A stretch of 64,000 nt of DNA from positions 248,001 to 312,000 of the forward strand of contig NZ_BAABFP010000007.1 in assembly GCF_039541115.1 (NCBI RefSeq). Reading direction: 5' to 3'. The position numbers and the translations under genes were made by a program. The notes under the pieces are model-generated. The model searched no databases and was not told the DNA's origin. It worked only from the letters and a program-made list of their open reading frames with translations. Shown here in pieces: positions 57,621 through 64,000 of the stretch. Origin of the DNA: Angustibacter luteus. GTDB taxonomy: Bacteria > Actinomycetota > Actinomycetes > Actinomycetales > Angustibacteraceae. Positions within the stretch are counted from its first letter, which is position 1. Each line of letters starts with the position of its first letter.

Positions 57621-59747
57621 ATGACTGAGAACTCTGGACGACCCGACGACTCGGGCGACGTGGTGCTCACCGCCTCGCGGTGGCAGTTCCGGCAGCTGAT
57701 CACGGCCAACCCGAACCACTTCGGCACGTTCCCGGACCTGCCGTTCGAGGTCGTCGAGCCGATGCAGGGCAACACGGCGTACGAGGAGGTCCAGTGCGTC
57801 TCGTACAGCCCGACGCGGGACCGCATCGAGGCGACCATCAACGTCAAGCAGACGTTCGGCTACTCCGGCGGACCGTGCACCAGCGGCTCCTTCGAGCACC
57901 TGCGGTTCTACGTCGACTACGGCAGCGGCTGGGAGGACGCCGGTCCCGCCGCCATCAAGGTGCACGACTTCGCGGCCGGCCGGGACTGTCCGGGTGACCC
58001 GCTGCACCCGATCAGCTACGTCGCCAGTGTCAAGCACACGCCCCACCGCCGCTGGTGCGGCACCCCGGTGCTGCCACGGGTGCGGGTCATCCTGTCCTGG
58101 AACCTGCCGCCGACGCCCGGTGACCCGGACTTCCCGCCGGTCTGGGGCGACGTCCACGAGTGCCACGTGCAGATCGCGCCGCGCCGGTTCTTCTTCGGCG
58201 ACATCATCCAGTACATCCCGTCCAAGGTGCTGGACACGTTGCCCGCCAAGGTGATCGAGCAGACGCCGATCCCGCACCCGGACCCCGACCCGGGCCCGCT
58301 GATGGACCTGGCCGAGCTCACCACGCGCTACCGCCAGGACGACGTGCCGGCGCACCGGTTCGCGTTCCCGCAGCTGATGGCGCTCAGCGACACCGCCGGG
58401 GTCGGCGGCCAGGCGCTGGCCAGCTCCGCCCTGGTCGCCCAGGCCTCGAAGCTGAACCTCAGCGAGATCCTGAAGCAGCTCGAGGACACCAAGGGCGACG
58501 TCGACTTCGAGGAGCTCGAGTGCCTCGGTCTCGACGAGGGGATCTCGTCGCTGGTGGCGACGTTCAACGTCAAGAAGAACAGCGGCTACTCCGGGGGCCC
58601 GTGCACCGCGGGCAGCAAGGAGTACGTCGCGTTCTGGGCGGACTGGGACGACGACTGCCGGTACACCTACCTCGGCACCGTCGAGGTCGTCGTGCACGAC
58701 TACGACCTGCCCGACGGAGGCCTGTGCTACGCCGCCATCCAGCCGATCGACCTGGGTGCGCTGCGCCGTCCGTGCGACAAGCCGCGGATCAACCGGGTGC
58801 GCGCCGTGCTGTCCTGGGGGAGCCCGCCGTCCACCACCGATCCGGACAAGCTCCCCACCTGGGGCAACCGGATCGACCGGCACGTGCAGGTCGAGCCCGG
58901 CCCGACGTACGACGGCACCGCGCACTTCACCATCGTCGGCGGCGTGGCCGCGAACAAGGTCAACCTGATCACCGGGCTGACCGACCCGGGCGCCACGCTG
59001 GGCACGTCGACGGTGCCGCTGAACCCGCCGCTGTGCCCGTTCGCGGGCCAGGTGACCCTGCAGGGGCCGAACGACCCGACGCTCGCCGGGCACCAGTACC
59101 GGATCAAGGCGACCAACCTCGGCGGCGGCGGCTTCCACTACCTGGACACCGCGTTCGGTGTCGTGGACAGCAACGGCAACCCCGGCACGGTGACGCCGAC
59201 GCCGGGCACCGGGTGGGCGCCCTGGCCGACGTGGACGAGCAACACCGAGGGCTTCCTCGGCGTGCACACCCCGGGCGGCAACGACCAGTGGGACTACACG
59301 CTCGAGCTGGACGTCGCCGGCAACACCGTCGACACCGCGCGGGTGCAGCTGGACAACCTGGTGCGCAACGAGGTCGACGCGCTGGACACCGTCAACGCCG
59401 GTGACCTGTGGCTCGACACCGCGGGGGCCTGCAAGGTGCCCAAGGCCGAGCTGAACGCCCGGTTCGTGGCGCGGGACCTGCACTTCTCGAGCTGGTCGCT
59501 CTCGCTGCTCGGCGGCCCTGGCGGCAACCCGCCGCAGCCGCCGCTGCACCTGCCCGGCAACCTGCCGATGCTCCCGACGTCGTCCCAGACGCCGTTGTCC
59601 GGCACCGACTTCACGATCGACCTGACGGACCCGATGCTCGCCCCGTGCGGGTACGTCGTGCGGCTGACGATCGTGGACCGGGCCATCGTGAACAGCGTGA
59701 CGCAGGGGCAGCACGCGACGATCGACCGCGGGATCTGCCTGGAGTAG
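57621..59747 (+). CDS. Uncharacterised 708-aa protein with an internally duplicated Cys-containing domain
   Basis: Two copies of EE..C.......ATxNVK..GYSGGPCT.GS.E...F..D.....VHD...RVR..LSW..PP...P.WG...HVQ. Confidence 0.8.
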   Translation: MTENSGRPDDSGDVVLTASRWQFRQLITANPNHFGTFPDLPFEVVEPMQGNTAYEEVQCVSYSPTRDRIEATINVKQTFGYSGGPCTSGSFEHLRFYVDYGSGWEDAGPAAIKVHDFAAGRDCPGDPLHPISYVASVKHTPHRRWCGTPVLPRVRVILSWNLPPTPGDPDFPPVWGDVHECHVQIAPRRFFFGDIIQYIPSKVLDTLPAKVIEQTPIPHPDPDPGPLMDLAELTTRYRQDDVPAHRFAFPQLMALSDTAGVGGQALASSALVAQASKLNLSEILKQLEDTKGDVDFEELECLGLDEGISSLVATFNVKKNSGYSGGPCTAGSKEYVAFWADWDDDCRYTYLGTVEVVVHDYDLPDGGLCYAAIQPIDLGALRRPCDKPRINRVRAVLSWGSPPSTTDPDKLPTWGNRIDRHVQVEPGPTYDGTAHFTIVGGVAANKVNLITGLTDPGATLGTSTVPLNPPLCPFAGQVTLQGPNDPTLAGHQYRIKATNLGGGGFHYLDTAFGVVDSNGNPGTVTPTPGTGWAPWPTWTSNTEGFLGVHTPGGNDQWDYTLELDVAGNTVDTARVQLDNLVRNEVDALDTVNAGDLWLDTAGACKVPKAELNARFVARDLHFSSWSLSLLGGPGGNPPQPPLHLPGNLPMLPTSSQTPLSGTDFTIDLTDPMLAPCGYVVRLTIVDRAIVNSVTQGQHATIDRGICLE

Positions 59748-59762
59748 CAGCCAGGTGCGCCG

Positions 59763-59808
59763 GATCGTGGCAACCTCGCATCACCGGCGATGCGAGGTTG
59801 CCACGATC
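59763..59808. repeat. 46-bp GATC-bounded palindromic repeat, copy 4 (solitary, perfect 20-bp arms)
   Basis: gatcgtggcaacctcgcatc-accggc-gatgcgaggttgccacgatc. Confidence 0.92.
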
Positions 59809-59822
59809 GCGTCGGGTTCGAC

Positions 59823-61055
59823 TCAGGTCAGGGGCGTGGGGACCGGCTGCGGCGGCCGCGGCCCCCGGTAGCGGCCGCTGCCCCGGAAGCGCAGCGGCGT
59901 CTCGTCGTACTCCTCCAGCGCGTGCGCGATCCAGCCGACGGAGCGCGCGACGCAGAACACCACCTCACCGCCGTCCCGCACCATGCCGGACGCCGCCCCG
60001 AGGGCCGCCAGTGCCAGGTCGACGTTGGGCCGCTGGTCGGCCGCGTCGGCCAGCCGCTCCACCAGCTCGACGACGTCCGCCGCGGCCGGCTCGTCCGCCA
60101 GCAGGGCGAGCAAGGCCGCGGCCCGTGGGTCGCCGTCGGGGTAGAGCGGGTGGCCGAAGCCGGGCAGGTGGCGGCCCGTGCGCAGGTGGTCGGCGACGAC
60201 GAGCTGCGGGTCGCGCTCGGCCGCATCGGTGAGCAGGTCGCGGGCCAGGGTGCTGGCCGCGCCGTGCAGCGGACCTTCCATGGCGGCCAGCCCGGTGGCG
60301 ACCACGGCGTACGGGTGCGCCCGGACCGAGGCCGCCGTCCGGGCCGCGACGGTGGAGACCGCCAGGTCGTGGTCCAGCATCAGCACCAGGGCGGCGTCCA
60401 GGCAGCCGAGCAGCCGGTCGGTCGGGGTTCGCTCGGACAGGCGGGCCCAGAGGCGCCGGGCCAGCGCGGCATCGGGTGCCGGCGCCGCGCCGAGCAGGGG
60501 GAGCGCCTCGACCATCGTCGCCACCAGGCCCTGCGCCATGGGCACCACGGCCCGCTCGCGGACGTCGTACCGCAGGAGGTCGACGGCGCCGGCTGCGCTG
60601 ACGGCGACCCGGAGCCGGCCCATCAGGTCGGCGGACGGCGGGAGGCTGGCCGCCGCGGCCCGGGCTGCGGCCAGCGGCTCGGCGGGGGCCGCGAAGCGGG
60701 TCGGACCGCAGTCGCCGGTCCACAGCCAGCGGGCCGCCGGCTCGAAGCCGACGCTGGCGGCCAGCTCGGCGGCGTCCACGCCCCGCAGGTAGAGCCGGCC
60801 CTCCTCGATCAGGGTGATGTCGGTGTCCACCACCGGGCCCTGCCAGGTGCGGGCCGGGGTGGCGGTGCGCCGTCGCGGGTCGCCCTGGGCCAGCGCCTCG
60901 ACCTCGTCCCGGTCGAACGTGCTGCCCCGGCCGCCGGCTGACCGGTCGCTGGTGAGCCGGCCGCGGCTCACGTACGCGTACACCGTCTCGAGCCGGACGC
61001 CGAGCAGGTCGGCGACCTCCTGGGTGGTCAGCCGGGTCGGCGGTCGAAGCGTCAT
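59823..61055 (-). CDS. Excisionase/MerR-like HTH fused to a citrate synthase-like domain
   Basis: LTTQEVADLLGVRLETVYAYVSRGRL; DHDL..ST, GPLHGAA, PGFGHPLY..GDPRA, PNVDLAL. Confidence 0.88.
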   Translation of the reverse strand: MTLRPPTRLTTQEVADLLGVRLETVYAYVSRGRLTSDRSAGGRGSTFDRDEVEALAQGDPRRRTATPARTWQGPVVDTDITLIEEGRLYLRGVDAAELAASVGFEPAARWLWTGDCGPTRFAAPAEPLAAARAAAASLPPSADLMGRLRVAVSAAGAVDLLRYDVRERAVVPMAQGLVATMVEALPLLGAAPAPDAALARRLWARLSERTPTDRLLGCLDAALVLMLDHDLAVSTVAARTAASVRAHPYAVVATGLAAMEGPLHGAASTLARDLLTDAAERDPQLVVADHLRTGRHLPGFGHPLYPDGDPRAAALLALLADEPAAADVVELVERLADAADQRPNVDLALAALGAASGMVRDGGEVVFCVARSVGWIAHALEEYDETPLRFRGSGRYRGPRPPQPVPTPLT

Positions 61056-61058
61056 ACA

Positions 61059-61080
61059 TTGACTGTATCAACGTTGACAG
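61059..61080. promoter_or_regulatory. Candidate operator (TTGA/TCAA half-sites) in the divergent promoter
   Basis: TTGA-ctgta-TCAA-cg-TTGA in a 54-bp intergenic gap. Confidence 0.5.
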
Positions 61081-61109
61081 CGATAGGTGGACAGTCGCAC
61101 GCTGCGGGC

Positions 61110-62282
61110 ATGACGACGACGACACAGAACGACCTGATCGAGGTGCCCCGAGGACTGAAGGGGGTGGTGGTCACCGAGACCGAGCTGGGCGACGTCCGCG
61201 GGGACGAGGGGTTCTTCCACTACCGGCAGTACTCGGCCGTCGAGCTGGCCGAGCGCCGCGGGCTGGAGGACGTGTGGTTCCTCGGGCTGTTCGGCTGGCT
61301 GCCGGACGACGCCGAGCGGGCGGCGTTCGGCGCTGACGTTGCGGCCGCCCGGCACCTGCCGCCCGAGGTTGCGGAGGCGCTGCCGGTCATCGCCGCCGGT
61401 GGCGGCTCGCCGCTGGACGGGCTGCGCACCGTCCTGTCGCTGCTCGGCAGCGCCCGCGGCCTGCGACCGGTCTACGACCTGGACGACGACACCCGCCGCC
61501 GCGACGCCATCGGGCTGGCCGCCGCCGTGCCGACCGTGCTGGCCGGGCTGCACCGGTTGCGCGCCGGGCTCGTCCCGCTCGAGCCCCGGGACGACCTGGG
61601 CCACGCCGCGGCGTACCTGACCATGCTCACCGGCGCCGAGCCGACACCCGAGCAGGCCCGCGCCGTCGAGCAGTACCTCGTGCTGACCGTCGACCACGGC
61701 TTCAACGCCTCGACGTTCACGGCCCGGGTGATCGCCAGCACCGGCGCGGACGTCGCGGCCTGCCTGGTCGGCGCGATCGGCGCACTGTCCGGGCCGCTGC
61801 ACGGCGGCGCGCCCAGCCGCGCCCTGGACACGCTGGACGACATCGGCACCGTCGAGCGGATCGACCCCTGGGTCCGCCAGCGGGTGCTCTCCGGGGACCG
61901 GATCATGGGCTTCGGCCACGCCGTCTACCGCACCGAGGACCCGCGTTCGCGGCTGCTGCGGGGCGTCGCCGAGCGGCTCAGCGAGGGGGACCCCGCGGCG
62001 TCCGAGCTCGTCGAGCTGGCCGAGCAGGTCGAACGTCGCGTGGTGCAGATCCTGGCCGAGCTCAAGCCGGGCCGCGAGCTGCACACCAACGTCGAGTTCT
62101 ACGCCGGGGTCGTGATGTCGCTGTGCGGGCTGCCGCGCGAGCTGTTCACCCCGACGTTCGCCGTGGCCCGGGTGATCGGCTGGTCCGCGAACGTGCTCGA
62201 GCAGGCCCGCGACCCCAAGATCATCCGGCCGTCCGCGCGGTACGTCGGGCCACCCCCGCCGCAGCCGGTGCCCGCCCGCTGA
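61110..62282 (+). CDS. Citrate synthase/methylcitrate synthase (CitA-like, NVEF variant)
   Basis: GLKGVVV.ET, DHGFNASTF, LSGPLHGGA, MGFGHAVY...DPR, NVEFY. Confidence 0.9.
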   Translation: MTTTTQNDLIEVPRGLKGVVVTETELGDVRGDEGFFHYRQYSAVELAERRGLEDVWFLGLFGWLPDDAERAAFGADVAAARHLPPEVAEALPVIAAGGGSPLDGLRTVLSLLGSARGLRPVYDLDDDTRRRDAIGLAAAVPTVLAGLHRLRAGLVPLEPRDDLGHAAAYLTMLTGAEPTPEQARAVEQYLVLTVDHGFNASTFTARVIASTGADVAACLVGAIGALSGPLHGGAPSRALDTLDDIGTVERIDPWVRQRVLSGDRIMGFGHAVYRTEDPRSRLLRGVAERLSEGDPAASELVELAEQVERRVVQILAELKPGRELHTNVEFYAGVVMSLCGLPRELFTPTFAVARVIGWSANVLEQARDPKIIRPSARYVGPPPPQPVPAR

Positions 62283-62346
62283 GGCCAGCGCTGGTGTCGA
62301 ACCCGCGCTGGGACCAAACCATCCGGCGTCCGGCTCCGTAGACAGC

Positions 62347-62386
62347 GGTGGGGGCCTCGTCGTCCTCCCGCGACGAGGCCCCCACC
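62347..62386. terminator. Hairpin terminator
   Basis: 16-bp perfect stem ggtgggggcctcgtcg / cgacgaggcccccacc. Confidence 0.7.
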
Positions 62387-62388
62387 AC

Positions 62389-62457
62389 CCCCGCAGATGT
62401 CCCGCTTTCCGGGCTCAAACCGACCCTTTGACACCGGAAAGCGGGACATCTGCGGGG
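62389..62457. repeat. 69-bp palindromic element (REP/MITE-like)
   Basis: 24-bp perfect arms ccccgcagatgtcccgctttccgg / ccggaaagcgggacatctgcgggg plus inner tcaaa/tttga. Confidence 0.75.
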
Positions 62458-62509
62458 TCGGGTTGGACTCGGGAGCAAGCCGGGGGGACGTCGGCGCCGA
62501 ACCCCCGGT

Positions 62510-64000
62510 ATGACTGCGACCCAGACCGCGCCGCCCGCACCAGCCGCCGAGCGAACCCACCCCCGCTGGTGGGCTGCCGCGCTGTCCGGCCTGGTCGCCG
62601 GCGCGGTGACCGTCGGGCTCGCCGAGCTGCTGGCGGCGGTGCTCACCGTGACCGGGCTGGCCGGGGGCCAGCCCAGCCCCGTGATCTCCGTCGGTGACGC
62701 CTTCGTGGACCGCACGCCCGGCCCGCTCAAGGACTTCGCCGTCCGGACCTTCGGCGAGAACGACAAGCTCGTCCTGCTCGGGTCCATCGGCCTCGTGCTG
62801 GTCGTGCTGGCGCTCGCCGCCGGTATCGCCGCCGGGCGACGCCTGGTGGTCGGCCTGGGCCTGGTGCTGCTGCTCGGTCTGGTGGCCGTGGGCGCGATCA
62901 TGACCCGACCCTCGGCGTCCCCGCTGGACGTGGTCCCCACCGTGATCGGCACGGCGGCCGGGCTGTGGACGCTGCGCTGGCTGATCGAGCGCGCCACCCC
63001 GACCACCTCGGACGACGGCTCCGCGGCCGGGTGGAGCCGGCGCACGTTCCTCGGCAGCGCCGGGGCGGCGGGCGCCGCGGCCGTGGTGGCCGGCGGGGCC
63101 GGGCACGTGCTGGAGTCCAGCCTCGGCAGCGTCGAGGACTCGCGGGCCAAGGTCCGGCTGCCCAAGGCGGCCGAGCCCGTCACCGTGCCGAAGGACGTCC
63201 AGCTGCCGATCAAGGGGATCACCCCGTGGCAGACGGACCCGGCGACGTTCTACCGGGTCGACACCGCCCTGCGCCTGCCGCAGATCACCACCGAGGAGTG
63301 GTCGCTGAAGGTGCACGGCAAGGTCGGCAAGGAGCTGACCATCGACTACCGGACCCTGGTGGCCAAGCCGCTGGTGGAGCGGCTGATCACGCTCACCTGC
63401 GTGTCGAACGAGGTGGGCGGCAAGCTGCTCGGCAACGCCGTCTGGCTGGGCTACCCGGTCAAGGACCTGCTGGCCGACCTCGAGGTCGACCCCGGCGCGG
63501 ACATGGTGCTGTCGACCTCGCAGGACGGCATGACCATCTCGACGCCGCTGGAGAACCTGACCAAGAACCGCGACGCGCTGCTCGCCGTCGCGATGAACGG
63601 CGAGCCGCTCCCCGTCCAGCACGGCTTCCCGGTGCGGATGGTCGTGCCCGGGCTGTACGGCTACGTGTCGGCCACCAAGTGGGTCACCGACCTGAAGGTG
63701 ACCCGGTTCGCCGACGACGAGGCGTACTGGACGCCGCGCGGCTACTCCGCCAAGGCGCCGATCAAGTTCTCGTCGCGCATCGACGTGCCGAAGGGCTTCG
63801 CCCAGCTGAAGGCCGGCAAGAACGCGATCGCCGGGGTCGCCTGGGCGCAGGCCGTCGGGGTCGCCAAGGTGCAGGTCCGGGTGGACCGCGGATCCTGGCA
63901 GGACGCCCGGCTCGCTGGCGCGCCCAGCAAGAACACCTGGGTGCAGTGGGTCTACGAGTGGGATGCCGAGCCCGGCAGCCACACCCTCGAGTGCCGCCTG
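62510..64000 (+). CDS. Membrane-anchored molybdopterin oxidoreductase, sulfite oxidase family (paralog 2); truncated by the window end
   Basis: Manual translation MTATQTAPP...; SRRTFL, FYRVDTAL, LTCVSNEVGG, HGFPVRMVVPGLYGYVSATKW. Confidence 0.9.
   Translation, partial: MTATQTAPPAPAAERTHPRWWAAALSGLVAGAVTVGLAELLAAVLTVTGLAGGQPSPVISVGDAFVDRTPGPLKDFAVRTFGENDKLVLLGSIGLVLVVLALAAGIAAGRRLVVGLGLVLLLGLVAVGAIMTRPSASPLDVVPTVIGTAAGLWTLRWLIERATPTTSDDGSAAGWSRRTFLGSAGAAGAAAVVAGGAGHVLESSLGSVEDSRAKVRLPKAAEPVTVPKDVQLPIKGITPWQTDPATFYRVDTALRLPQITTEEWSLKVHGKVGKELTIDYRTLVAKPLVERLITLTCVSNEVGGKLLGNAVWLGYPVKDLLADLEVDPGADMVLSTSQDGMTISTPLENLTKNRDALLAVAMNGEPLPVQHGFPVRMVVPGLYGYVSATKWVTDLKVTRFADDEAYWTPRGYSAKAPIKFSSRIDVPKGFAQLKAGKNAIAGVAWAQAVGVAKVQVRVDRGSWQDARLAGAPSKNTWVQWVYEWDAEPGSHTLECRL

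Overview
High-GC actinobacterial chromosomal segment with about 52 CDS; I see no rRNA, tRNA, CRISPR array or transposase. Housekeeping blocks: tuberculostearate methylase/reductase pair, malic enzyme-YqgE-DUF3039-SF2 helicase-thioredoxin, a split tyrosine-degradation cluster (hppD, hmgA, fahA), and pncA-pncB-clpS-DUF2017-murI-MBL hydrolase-rph-rdgB. Accessory content: a GH87-like glucanase, a 2883-aa LPXTG-anchored repeat adhesin, three secreted metallopeptidases, an auxiliary trpS behind a Trp-Trp leader-peptide attenuator, a SAM-IV riboswitch, two paralogous sulfite-oxidase-family Mo enzymes and a divergent HTH-citrate synthase/citrate synthase pair. The most notable pattern is a 46-bp GATC-bounded palindrome present four times. 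Two copies tightly bracket an AbiEi/DUF559-like nuclease gene inside the conserved clpS-murI block, and two are solitary intergenic copies, an architecture like a REP/RAYT system but with a different enzyme. Other candidates: a secreted 'VVADP' pro-domain plus cationic Cys/Trp C-terminal domain with a downstream small membrane gene (toxin/immunity-like), and an uncharacterised gene coupled to fahA that may fill the missing maleylacetoacetate step. All calls come from reading motifs by eye; no database searches were run.
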